In this document: piece by piece, positions 24,701 through 37,569 of the stretch
Numbering within the stretch: position 1 is the first letter of the stretch
Layout of the letters: each line of letters begins with the position of its first letter
Made by a program: the position numbers and the translations under genes
Assembly (NCBI GenBank): GCA_030704615.1
Contig: CM060732.1
Coordinates: forward strand, 82,336,001-82,400,000
Source of the DNA: Takakia lepidozioides
Lineage: Eukaryota; Plantae; Bryophyta
Reading direction: 5' to 3'
DNA: 64,000 bases
The notes under the pieces: generated by a model
What the model was told of the DNA's origin: nothing
The model's database searches: none
What the model saw: only the letters and a program-made list of their open reading frames with translations

Positions 24701-27700
24701 CAATCTCGATCCCCACCTGCTAGTAGGAAACTTCCCGTTATATGGACCACATCCAGACAGCAGGAACAAGGAATTCAAACACCGCACTTTGGCTTTATGC
24801 TAGAGAGTGCAAAGAAGGTTTTGTGTGTTGAAAAAAGTAACCTTACCTTGTGGCATAGACCGCGAAGTATAGCATATTTGCGGAGTTCAGAACGTGTCAC
24901 CTCACCAGCCAGCTTCCAGCCAAAGCGCTTGGTAACAAATGATTCCACCCATCTCCAGATGAGGGATACTGAGGTGCCTGACTTCTCCACATCCTCAGGA
25001 AATGTCCCCAACATCACATTTAGAGCCGCAGATATATTAACTGGCAAATCAGCCGTACTCTTGGACGCACCGACCACAGCTTGAAGAACGTGCTTGAAGG
25101 CACGCACCACCATCTCATGGACACACAAAGATTGGACATGAGGCAGCTTCATGGCGAGCTCTGCCTGTCATATCAAGGAACCATCACTGATTGAGAATTG
25201 AATTCCAGTTTCCTGACTCTAACCAAGGTCTTGGGCTGGTTCTACAGAGGATTTCACCCAGCAGGAATTCAAGCTTGGTCCATATGGAAATGTTCATGCA
25301 GGGTCCATCAATAACTGCCAGCCGCTCAACCAGATGAAGCTATGAAGGCAGCAGGTCTACATTCACTGAGGCCTGTGAGATTTGGTTTTTCCCAAAAAGA
25401 GACACCGTATGACACTCATGAAAAGCCTAAAGAGAGCTATAAGAGACTCAATAGAATAAGCGTAAGCAAGTGGCAAAGGTTATGGAGAGAACACTCTTGT
25501 AAACAGGTCTGCTCATGTAACAAGCACAAGACGGTACTGCTTCTACCAAGGAAATGCTTACCACACGTCCCAGGGAACGCATTCGAAGACCCCGAGTGTG
25601 CATAAAATCTGTCAAGGTACGGCCATCAACCGGTGACAGCTCTAAGGAGCCAAAATCTGCTACCTGTAATTACAAATTCAGATAGAGAAATCAGTGAGTA
25701 AATGTCTGGACCATAATATGACCTACAATTTGCTCTCATACCATACCCCTTCCAACCTTGTTACGTTTGTCCTAACCGAATGCAACCCAGGGAAGCATAC
25801 AAGTACATCGTTTACTGTTATACTCAACAGTCTGGAAAAGAGTTGATTCGACACACCAGCTTAGGCAGTGCAACCTCGTCGTAATATTGCTGAGCTCCAT
25901 CCACAAGCTCTTCAATAGACTGGGCACAATCATTTCATCCAAATACAGGTTACGAAAAGGGAAACACAGGGACCTCCTTGCATCTCTAACTACCTCAATC
26001 ATAGGAAATGGAAAATTCTTCCTCGACCGCTATACAGATCTAGATTGGCGACATCATTCAGCAAAAACTAATCTGCGTGCATCTGATTCGTCAGATGAAT
26101 TAAATTGGCAAGGAGAGACTGGAAGTGATAGACAACCTTGCAATGAAGGCGAGTACCAGACTCTTTGAGCCGACTGAAGGCACTCTCGGGAAGGTGCACC
26201 CTCAATTGTGCCTGTGCCTCCTGCTCCTTCTGTTCGCACTCATCTTCTTCGGCAATACTCTCTGCGATCTGCTTACCCTCTTGAGTGTTCTTCTTATCCA
26301 CATTATCACCTGTCATCAGAAATTTTATATTACAAAACATGATCTAAAGGCCCTCTGATTTCAAAGTGGATAGACAAGGTCTAAGCTGGTCACTCTGAGG
26401 GTGCAAAAGGATGTGGAAAGGAATTTTGGATTTCCTGTATGGCTTATCTTCCTGTTAGAGACATGTTTATCTGCAGAAAGAATGAAATGAAATGACCCTT
26501 CATGACGTCTGTGGAAAGCGGACTAAGAAATGAAATGGTACCTCATAATTTCTGGGGAAAGCTCAAAGATCTAACTGGACAAAAGAAAGCATGAAACAAG
26601 AAAGAGAGTGGGCTGCATTGCAGCCCGAAAAAAACTAATGATTCGAAATCTCGAGGCTGAGCCTAAATCCTTGGTCATGTTGGGGTCTAATTGCTGGGCG
26701 CCCACACACAGAACATTGATGCTTGTGTGGAGGTCTTTCTTTCAAGAGCAAATCTGGAAGGCCCAAATGAATTATATATCAAGGTAAGTCCCATGACTGG
26801 AGTGATCCCTCACCAAGGTAGTATCTGTTTCCTCTTGTTCCGCCCACACTGGGCTTGGGATCTATGGCCACAAGTCTATGGCAAACAAAGTCTTATGACT
26901 GCAGACTGTGGGAGCCCACTCTAAACCTTCCCAATGCCCTTAGACGTGAGAGAAACAGGGCTGCAGGTAATTGGGCTGTAAGATTCTATCATTGCGGAGG
27001 GCTGCGACCTTCTCCTAATAGAACTGCAGCTTCTGATAGTACAAAAGAAAGAAAGAAGAAAGAAACTTTATAACTAGTGAGAGGGAAACAGAAAGATGGA
27101 AAATTGAAATTCATAACATCAACAGAAAACCAAAAAACCAGTGAACTAGAACATGCATCAAACAAAGTGGGAGACGAGAGAGGACTAACCCCCTTTCAGT
27201 ACACCTGCTTCCTTCTTCTTACTGGAAGGTAACACGGTTTTCGCTGAGCCACTCTCGGCTGTGGCATCACTTTTTGATTCAGACTTTTCCTTCTCAGCTG
27301 CTGCCTGAGTTTGCAGATGTTGCACCCAGCATGCCCCGAGCTCCCACCGGATGCATAAGTCATTTCTGCCCTCGTCTTCCTGCTGAAGCCTAGCAAGACT
27401 CTCTTCCATTACTGTACTGACCAACCCCCCTGCATTCTGTAGCTCTTCTGAATCAGAGGAGGAACGTGCAGGCCCATTGGACCTTCTGTGCAAAAGAGTT
27501 CGAAGACTGCACATATGTAAAGTAACCATCGTTAGAATGTACTGTTAGTAGTTGGGCAGGTTAAACTACTAAACACACTGGGACAGAAGTGACCTCTGGA
27601 AAATGGCTTAAAAGAAAAAGTTAGAGACATCCTTTCATAAGTGTGTACTCCACAAGCACCAAAGCTTGTGATGGAAGCAAAACTAACATTGACAAATACC

Positions 27701-30700
27701 TTTTCCATGCAAAAATCTTGTGCCTAGGTGACTGCAAATCAGAGGCCTAGACAACGAGCAGTTACAGTTTATGCACCAATTAGAAAGGCTGAGGGTCAAT
27801 TGATTAGAAAACTAGTGAAAGCTTTGAAGAGGAAGAAGACTTATGTATTTCTATGGTCACATTTATTGTGAGGACAGTGCTAGAAACAATGGTCTTCAGA
27901 TGTCCAAGAATCCTCACCTGTTCACATTCAGGGCATTGGCACCCCCTTCAGGCTGGTCTTCAATATCCACTTCTATTGAAAATTCTTCGGCATTCTGAGC
28001 CTTAGAGCCAATAAGAATGGCTTCAATAAGAATAGTGTACCCTCTATGGCGAACAATGACAGCACCCAAAGTTGCTGTGTCCTGAATATCACCCAGCCAC
28101 CACTTTGTCATTACCTGTGACTTTGAAGTCTCACTGCAGGAGCCCTTCCCTTCTTTACGATGGGTGTGCTCACATCACTCCTCAAGCACTGCAATCCTGG
28201 TCGGAGTATATTGGCATCTTACATATCCCAAAGATGGTCTAACGATCAAATTTAATGAGGACTTGAGAGAAACAAAAAGAGAGATTGTACTCATAAGACA
28301 TTGTTTGCCGTAGCCTTGTGGCCATTGTCCTCGCGCCCAGTTTGAACGGAACATAAAGGGACAGAAACTACCTTTGTCAGGGGCTGAGGCCGGTAGTATG
28401 ATTTACCTTGGAATAAACAGTTGATCCGAGATTTCCATATATCCTCCAGAAATCCCTTCACACAAGCATCAATCTGATGTGTGTGATTTGCCCAATAGCT
28501 AGACCCCAAAAGGGCCTGGGCTTTTGGCTCAGCCTCAAGATTTTCAAAGTTGTTAAACAGAGGTACAGGCACAATTTCCTTGATGGAATGGAAGAGGGTT
28601 TCCCGTTGGTGAGAGTACCCAGGACAATGAATCAGGAAGTGAATATTGTCTTCAGGTTGCCCACACAACGGGCACTTACAATCCCCCTTTCCTCTCTGCG
28701 ACAGTTTGTTGTTCAAAGGTAGGCTACCCGCCCTGAGTTGGACCTCAAACCCTATATCAAAGTCTATATATAGATATTATAGAGATTGCATTCAAATGTT
28801 CTTGTATATTTAAATGCAGTCTAGTGCCGAGGGTGGGTAGACCCTTGAGGTCATCCATGATGGCCTCACCCATGTCACAGACTGGAAACAGGTTGAGGGA
28901 AGTTTTCTGCCTAACTTCATTTTCTTCAGACAATTTCCTGGCAATAGACATGGCTTCGGAAACTTCAGCTTCTAAGCCAGATTTATCCAGCAGGGTCATG
29001 GCTAGTGGACTAAGATTCAGATCCTTGAAAATCTCTTCTACCCTTTTCCGCCAGGATTTAGCCTGTTTGACAGGGCGGTCCTGCTTCCAAGATATAGAGT
29101 CGATTAACTTAGGATATCTGGTATTAGCCATACATTGCAGCTGACCCCACCATCTGATTTTGAATTCATCGTGTCGGGAGCTTAAGGGAGGAATGCCAAA
29201 CCCACCCCGAACAGCCACATTAGTTGTTTTGGAGCATGCTGACATGCACTCCTTGAGCACCCTGACTTGGATGGATTCAAGAGACTTAGGCTGGTTGGAG
29301 TTATCAACCCATACAGCAGATGCATACTCCAAGGCCGGCCTGATAACGCGGCAAAGCATGGTTTTTTTGACTTCAGAGTTGATCCCTCTGCAGTGGAAAA
29401 ATTTAGTGAGACCCAGCGCTTTGCGTTTGCCAGATTGAACCACTCTTTGAATATGTGCTTCCCAATTACAGTTGGAGGAAAACTCAGCGCCAAGATAGGT
29501 GTAGGAGGGGAGAACAGGGATCTCTTGGCTTCCCCACTGCCACTTGAGATCGCCTCCTCCTTCCCCCCGGTCGTTGAATGCCACGACTGCGCATTTACTG
29601 ACATTGGCCTCTAGCCCCCAAAGATCAAAGTATCTCTTCGCGCAATATATCAGCCCCTGGAGGTTGGAAGGAGTCTCCCCTATGCCTGCGAAGTCATCCG
29701 CAAACATAAGGGCTGGTATGGTGGCATCTCCCACCCTTAACCCAAATCCATCACTTTCCACATCCTCCAGTAGTTGATTGATGAAAACATTGAAGAGCCG
29801 AGGGGAGAGGGTACATCCTTGAGCTACACCTTGGTCTATGTCAAAGAAATTAGACTTCTGTCCATTTACAGTGACACAGCTTTTAGTGTGAGCATACAAG
29901 TTATGGACCACTCTCCACATCTTTCCCTTGATCCCGGAAGACCAGAGTCGGAGCCATAGACCGTCTCTCCACACAGTGTCATAGGCCTTTTTGACATCCA
30001 AGAAAAAGACAAAAGTAGGTTTCCCTTCTTTTTTCCTTCCCGGGATAATCTGGCTGTGTGTGAAGATATGATCCACGCAGCCCCTGTTTCGCCAAAAACC
30101 AGCTTGGCCTTCATGGAAACAACCTCTGGACTCCAGATCAACCTCGAGACGAGTACTTATAACTCTGCAGAATATCTTGCCAACTGCATCAAGAAGCGTG
30201 ACGCCCCGATAGTTACCCGGCTCTTCTTTGTCACCTTTCTTATATAAATTGACAATGACCCCCTGCCGCCAGCGAAAGGGGGTAATTTCAGTCCTCCATA
30301 TAAGGTTAAAGAGAAGAACAAGGGCCTCTATCATAGGGTCACCACCATGCTTGATAAGCTCATTGACAATACCATCAGGGCCACCAGCTTTGTATCCGTT
30401 TAGATGCTCAATTGCTTCCGCAATCTCAGAGGAACTAATGGGAGCATTATAACCCTTTGAAATATACTCCAGTTCATCAGGGCTGTCTTGAATCATAGAC
30501 ACAGTTCTTTCTACTGTGTCATTCCATTCTTCAGAAAACCCCTCGCTGCTAGAACTAGAATTTCTGCCAAGTGTACTGTAGTGGGTTTCAAAGGTGTTGA
30601 CAATGTCAGCCGTTGAAGTCACCACTGCACCCTTAGGGGTCCTCAGCGATTGTACTTGCTGACAATTTTTCGGCTTGTACAGATGTTGAAGGGCCAACCA

Positions 30701-32303
30701 GAATTTCTTGTCATTACCACCGTGGTGGTTTGAGTTTATTTCCCCGTATAACTTATCCCAATATAGTTTCTTCTGAGACCTTACAAGCTGATTGATATCT
30801 TTGCGGAGCTGGTAGTACCTAACCCAATGGTCATTATAAGCTTTCATTCTGCAGCATTCTTTATAGAGGGCTCGTCTCTCGGCAATCTTGAGTTTGATCT
30901 CATTGGTCCACCAATTAACAGCTCTACCGCAGACAATTAGTTTCCTCCCAATGATCTTTTCAGCCACAGAAGAGACGAAACTCTCCCAAGAGTCCACCGC
31001 TCTTTCGACTTCATTTCTTGCATTGCCAGCGCGAGATTGAAGGTCTTGGAGCGAATGGACAAAGTTGGGCAGAGCCTCTTGCAAGGCCTGGACATACTCA
31101 GCCATGACCTCTTCATTTCGGAATTTTTCAATGCGCCACTTCTGGATCGAATGTTTCACAGATCTCTTGGTGTTGGGGAAACACCTTTTGATCTCAGTCC
31201 AAACCAGAAAGTGGTCAGAGGTACCAATATCAGTTCTGTCAATTAACACATTGGCACACTGGGGAAACAGATTCTTGTCCACTATGATATAATCCACAAT
31301 GGATAGTTCCCCAGTTTGGGCTTTCTCATGGGTCCACTGCATCGGGTCACCTTTTGACCTATTGTTCAGGGTCGAAAGCTGAAGCTCTTCCAGACAGTTA
31401 ATTAACTGTCTTCCATTAGAGTTCAGCTCGTCCTCACGAAAAGGTCCGATGATATCATCCTGGTGAAGACCTTTACCCACCCGGGCATTGAAGTCACCCA
31501 ATAAGACCACCTGACCCTTGGCAAGGAACTTAGCACAGTCCAGCTTTACGTCTTCGAAGGCTTTATCTGCGTCAGCACTAAGGGTCCCCTCTGTGGGCAT
31601 GTAAACACATCCCACAAAGAGGTCCTTCCTACTCACGCTGCCCTTCAATTTCAGTTTCAGCCAGATACTGTGCTCATACCGCAAATCCTTGTTGATAATT
31701 TCACAATTGTCACACAAGAAATCTCGGACAAAGAAGCCAACACCTTTTTGCCCACACTTGGCAGAGGTCACCCTAAGCACACACATCTTGCCAAACCAAC
31801 GGTAGCCGTTGACATCTCCAACCAGTTTGTCCGAAGTTTCCCATGTCTCTTGCCCAGCACAAATATGAATACCATTTGACTGAAGAACTTGTCCCACTTC
31901 AAATTGTTTCCTTTGGTTAGTCAACCCCGAGAAGTTGAGAGTGCCCAGCCGCAAACCGGCCTTTTGCATATGGATTGTTTGCCGTCTAGGGAGCCTATGA
32001 TTGCTCCTGGACGACCAACCACTCTGCAAAGGGGGATCAGTTGCCCCATGTGTAGATTTTGGGCGTCTAGAGTAAACCTTAAGGATTGGCAAACCATGTA
32101 GAGTGCCAAATCCTTCAGGCGAAGATTTAATTCTTCTAGAGTAAACCTTAAGGATTGGCAATATATTCAGAGTGCCAAATCCTTCAGGTTCCTGACGCTC
32201 AGCCTCAGCACACATAGGGCCAACTAACCTGTCTGGCTGCTTGGTATCAATCTCTTCCAGGGCTTCAAACCGGTTAGAAACTTTCAAGTTGAAGTCCCCA
32301 AAC

Positions 32304-32340
<37 letters not shown>

Positions 32341-35300
32341 TTACAACTTCCATGAGAAGCTTGGAGACTTATAGGAAAAAGCCAGAGAGAACACTTGAGG
32401 GGTGGTGTCTGAAGATCGGATGTCATACATGTACAGTGGTGCTCTCATCAGCAGTGATTCCCTTGAGCAGATTCTTCTCTGCAAGTTCACGAGCACTCAG
32501 TCCAAGAGCCTGACTGGCATCAATCTTTATCTCCAGCTTCTTACTCGCATCCGCAATGTCACGCCGCACCGTAAACTTTAAATTACCTATAACTTCTATT
32601 TTAAGAGCTCCCTCAACATTTGGAACTGGTAATTCTCCTTGAACTTCGCCCTCATCGAAATGGCGAATAACTTCCGTTGCCTGCATAGGAAATTTGCAAC
32701 ATGTGCAGGAGAGGTTACTACAGTGCGCCTTCCCTTGACTTCTCTTTAGGCTTGCTGGTCCAAAAATCATACATTATTGAACATTCATGGCAAGCCTGTA
32801 AGTGTGTTCTTCAAAAACCCAGCTCTCAGATCAAAATAGATTGCAGCATACTCACCAATCTGAGTCCAGCTTGGTAAAATTCTACATTCTCTTCACAAAG
32901 GGCTCTACTGAGATGATACTGAGCCACCTGCCCTCGAAACATCCTTGCAGTATCTGGGACTGAACTGAATTACGCAGCTGATGATGTGGAGTACAATCTT
33001 ACCTGGGTGACAGCTATGTCCACAAACATACTATGAAGCAAGAAGGCCTTGCGGTCGCGAACTTGGCGTTCCTCTGGAGTCTTACAAGGCATTGCAGCAA
33101 GGATAGCAAATTCCTGTGCCCAAGGCCTGGCTGTGCCTTGCTTGTCTCTCCCCTGTCCTCCCCCGTTGCCTCCCCACGCCTCATCCTCGACAGGTAGGGG
33201 TGGGAACACTGAGGGGGAATCAGCTGCTGCAGTTGGGACCACCCATGTGTTTGCTCGAATCCCATGTGGAATATTGCCAAACTGCAAGGGACGTTAGAGT
33301 TGTGAGATGCCTACTACAGAAATGAAATGAAATGGTGCTTTATTACGTCTGCGGAAAGCTCATAGAGCTCACAGAGAAAGAGAGAGGCGCAGCAGAAAGG
33401 AACCAAATTTTGATAGCCAAGAAGTTATTTTACTGACAACAGGACTCCAGTACCTTGTTACGCTCAGAGAACGCTTTCATCAGATCGTCATAAGCCTGCA
33501 ACACATACTTCATACATGAATTAGAACTCTCTTGGTGCCCCCTGCTTCAGACAAAATTTAATCAAATTATCACAGAAATGTCCTGGACAAGCAAGCAATT
33601 GGGAAAGGTGGAAAACCCTATGTTGTAACTCCATTTACATGTTCCTCCACAGTTTTTGAGGCACTCAATATACTCTTCCCCCTGATCTAAGCAAATAATA
33701 CAGTGACTAATAGTAGTTCAAATAATGCGTCATGCTCTTTGGAGGTTGATGTATTGCCCGAAGTAACTGAGGATACAAACTCTTCAGCCCTCATGACAGC
33801 CAACAAGCTTCCCTATCTCACTCTCATGAATTGTCCTCTCCCTTGCTTCCTTGACCCTTACCCCCTCTCACACAATTGCAGATGGGGACGGTTGGAAATG
33901 GAACACACATTGGCAAACGCCTTGCTGAGGCGGCACAACAAAGCTACCAACGAGGTACCCTGGATCGGCTGTTTGGTGGAACTGTAGAAGCCTTTCTCAC
34001 ACACTGTTACTGCCACAAGCTTTCCATTACACAGCCTCACCTGCAACGACCATAATCACAATTCAAACTGAAGTAAATGGTCTGTAACAACTTCAAAAAA
34101 CATTGAAGGGCGATCTCATTTTTTGCAGCTGCTCGTGGAAAAAAAAGACATAATCTATTTCTTCATATCGAGGTCACAAACATTCCCCAACAGCCTCATG
34201 CATTACCATATGGTGGTAAAAAAGGATGGAGGGACTCACATCAAGAGTAAAGAAAACACCCTCAGCTCGCTTTAGATCCAGTGACTGCTTCAATGACCGC
34301 CGCAAAACTGCTGCCATTAAACATGGTTTCAGCCACACAATCATCCTCACAACTTAACAGGGCAGACTAGCCAAAGCAGAAGAATATGTGACTCGTATTA
34401 ACAAGCATTCAAAGGCAAAGTCTGTCTTCAGAGAAGCAAAATGGACGACGCTGTTTCCCCAATCATTGTTGAAAAAATCATCTGCCATCCAAGTGGACAG
34501 AGTTTAGACCAGAAGAATGCATGACAGTACCAAGTCATGTATGTCCTCAGACAAAGCTATATATGTGTCTGCATTTTCATACTCTCTAGGGATTTGAAAT
34601 AGCATCCGAAACACTTAGGTGATGAATAGAGAACCAAATTCCCCAAAACTGGCCACTCTCCGACGTACACCACTGCGGATTTCTAAGAATATACCTATCC
34701 AAAATGACCAGACAAAGGAAGCACTTCAGTTTCATGGATATCCAGACCATAACAGTGCGGATTATGTTATCTACTTAACACGAGTCCCACTATGAAAGCG
34801 AGCCTGAATTGTTATGCCTTCATCCCAAAAATCTCTTTACACATGAGACGTTGGAGCACATACACAATGAATGCACCAAAAACAAGAGTTTGACAGGAGG
34901 AGGGTTGTGATAATATCATACTAACATTGCAATGGGGGAGTCAGATGTGAAAGTGACAGAAACGTATAGAACTGCCCCAGCTTCGAAGGTGGGCACATCC
35001 CTGTCATATCACCCTTCTCTGTAGCTTCTCTTGCTGCCGCCATCGCAGCTGCAGCCTCTGGCTTGCCTTTGAGTAACCCCCTATCACCCTTTGCTGCTTC
35101 ACTACTTTCTGCACTAGTGGATGGCTTCCTAATCTCCCCATCTTGAATATCCCTGACAACTTCAACCGTATCCTTATTCAAATGGGAATCACCCTCCTCG
35201 GTTTTTGACCTATCCTCTCCAGCTGAATAATTGCTGTCCAAGTCCTTGGTTCTGCTCTCTCCATTACTTGTACTCAACAACCCTGAGTTTACATTGGCTT

Positions 35301-37569
35301 GATCATCCACTGCATCATTGGCTTGGCTGCTCATTGATTGTTTAGCAGATGCTTGGGAGGGTTTGGTGCCAGCTTGCTTGCCAGATGCACCAAAACAGGT
35401 CGTGCATGCAACAATATCAAGCAGCCTTCTGATATGTGCCACTGCCAGATCCTCTGTGTAGTTCTCTGTGAAACACAGACAAACGTAACAACTCTGAGAC
35501 CAGACAGTTTTTGGCTTCGCTTCACAAGCCATAGGTTGACATTGTCAAGGTGAAGATAGACATTGGAGCTTGTGGCCAGTCATTTGAAACACTATTCAGA
35601 ACCTAGGTATTCAAAACAAACAGAAGTCTCCTGTTAGCTTTCCACCTGGGGATTCCCCCAAACGAAATGAGGTCAAAATTTCAGTCAGTAGTAAAACCAG
35701 AAACCCAATATTGCTGTGAGGAGACAACGGGATTCGAAGACAGAATAAACTAGTATGGTATTGGGCAGCAGCATACTAGGTCAGAACCTCCAAGCTTAAA
35801 ACCTTTCAAATATTTTAGGATCAATCTGTTCAGGCTACACAGGCACAAAACTGCAGTTGACAGTTTCATTCCATGTGATAAAAAGTTATCACCTTCAACT
35901 AGCGTGAGAACACAAGGTTTCAAGATGGCAACCTCCAGAGAGTCACGAAGCCTACTTCCCCGCACCTGCTTTCAGCCCCCACCGCACTGACTGTTAGAGA
36001 AAATCTGAAGAACGGTGGAGGGTGTACAATAGGTCTACCTATTGAAGATTCCTCTGGGGACACTGCCACGGAATATCAATATCACCGTGTCTTTGGATCA
36101 TCCAGCTTCCAAGTAGAGGTCCACTTGGAGGAACAAAAAAAACTTAAAAAGCATGGCGTAATGTAGACATGGATCATGCATGCATAAAGAACTATTCCTA
36201 CCCGACACAAATCTCTCGACAAAATCGCTGGGGAGAAGGGGCAGCCTGGTTAGCGCTGGTAGGTCAACTAAACCCTGTTCGGGGTTTAACAGCAAAAGAC
36301 CAAGAGTTGAGCTGGCCATGTGATATCAACTATAAGTACCGTGATCAAGACACAAGCGTTCTGCAATTCATACACACGGGCTGGTGATAAACTTAAACCC
36401 AGAAACCAAGAGATCACACATGGCTTGCCTCGTGATGGAAGGAAATGTTGGTCAGATGGCAAGTTTCCACATTCACTGCAAGCAGCCGGCGTACGTCAAG
36501 TATCCGGTCTGTAGTGATCCCCTGCACATTACGAGGCTGTTCATTTCCTAATACCCTTTCTTCCTCGTCAGGCCGTTGTAAGGTTCATTTCATTCTTCTC
36601 TAAAAAAATCTCTCACACACCTCCAAAAAATGTATACAGAGACAATTTCTATCTACGTGATTTTTTAGGTGAGACCACAGATTGATTGTCATGCATTATT
36701 CCCACAATTTCACATCTCTCAACTCCTTCCTGACTCGCGCAGACTCGCGTACAGTGTCCTGACACATGATAAATTCTGATTGCCTCTAATCCACCTCCTG
36801 TAATGCCTTGAATCTTCCCCCATCACTACCCATTTAACGAAACCTCTTAACTCCCTAAAGATCCTTCATTTCTATTAGCGACTAAATCTTCACCCAGAAA
36901 TGCTAAACCCCACATTTCCACTTTTGTGCTCAAGCTTTCCGTCGAATGCTAGAGAGTGCAGAACACACACTGAGTACCTTCAAAATGATTTGATTTCCAC
37001 CAGGGAGGACAACCACGATATCGAGAACAGCTGGCAGAACTGCGCGAGCAGATTCCACGGTATGTAAGTACAACAAAAACGATTATTTCCTGCCCTTTAA
37101 CTGCATACCGACACTACAAAAACCTGAAATGCTGGACTTCACATGTAAGTCAAGTGATCCAGATTGCCAAATCTGTCTGACAAAGGGGGAACTCTGCTTG
37201 AAGGTTCAAGGTCCCTCCGCCATAACCACATCAGTGCGAATCTACTTGATCTAAGTAAAAGGGGATGCAAAACCGTTGGTCTGCCAGGTATACCAATATG
37301 GTCAGAATGACATATAGAAGCAATATTGGATTACTACCAGAGTCAGTTACTGATGTGTAGCCAAGCGTGCAGAAAAAATCGACACTGCTCAAACAGACTT
37401 GGGGAACTCAAGACAAGACAACTTCACTTGCGCTCTCATTTCTTCTGTGGTCAGTATGCAACGTCCGCCAGATAGAGAAGCTTAAGTCAGAAACCTCACT
37501 CTTTTCCTCTTTTTTCTTCTTCTCGCCTTTGGGCTTGTGCGCCTTAGCTCGTGCGGTCCGTGGAGCCAT
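18792..37569 (-). CDS. REC2: CLU-domain/TPR protein, REDUCED CHLOROPLAST COVERAGE / TSS family (REC2-like), 25 exons
   Basis: Exons read by eye with frame-consistent splice sites: 37500-37569 ([23 protein letters not shown]), 36978-37039, 36429-36521 ([14 protein letters not shown]), 35893-35965, 34926-35465 ([13 protein letters not shown]), 34240-34307, 33909-34040, 33454-33495, 33003-33281 ([13 protein letters not shown]), 32429-32680, 27918-28081 ([12 protein letters not shown]), 27190-27506, 26137-26309, 25857-25919, 25562-25663 ([16 protein letters not shown]), 24847-25164, 24624-24716, 24058-24159, 23647-23751, 23211-23344, 22750-22933 ([20 protein letters not shown]), 22445-22576, 22007-22119, 21630-21717, 18792-21467. 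The 3' end is uncertain (possible extra exon 17821-17926), and the REC paralogue assignment is tentative. Confidence 0.93.
26478..26640 (-). repeat. Short interspersed repeat with (CATTT)n tail, copy 2 (two tail units), intronic
   Basis: aatgaaatgaaatgacccttcatgacgtctgtggaaagc followed by a second unit. Confidence 0.6.
28285..32299 (-). mobile_element. Near full-length LINE (APE endonuclease + RT + C-terminal Cys/His), RTE/RTEX-like, in intron 10 of the REC gene
   Basis: 15-bp TSD AAACAAAAAGAGAGA at 28270-28284 and 32300-32314. EN motifs [33 protein letters not shown]; RT motifs [17 protein letters not shown]; C-terminus [20 protein letters not shown]. No poly(A) tail. Confidence 0.95.
28291..32299 (-). 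pseudogene. LINE EN-RT polyprotein ORF interrupted by a ~69-bp AT-rich insertion (about 28740-28808)
   Basis: ORFs 28757-32353 and 28291-28716 join when compared with the uninterrupted copy near 14460-14490 (ctgagtttaaatttcagtctagtgccgag). Confidence 0.85.
32309..32336. repeat. (GA)n microsatellite at the LINE 5' junction
   Basis: Seen directly; overlaps the TSD. Confidence 0.9.
33320..33400 (-). repeat. Short interspersed repeat with (CATTT)n tail, copy 3, intronic
   Basis: Minus strand reads ...gagctttccgcagacgtaataaagcaccatttcatttcatttc. Confidence 0.55.

Noticed and set aside
32300-32353. LSLSLS N-termini of the LINE ORFs (also 16821-16885)
   Set aside because: Read-through into the flanking (TC)n microsatellite, outside the element
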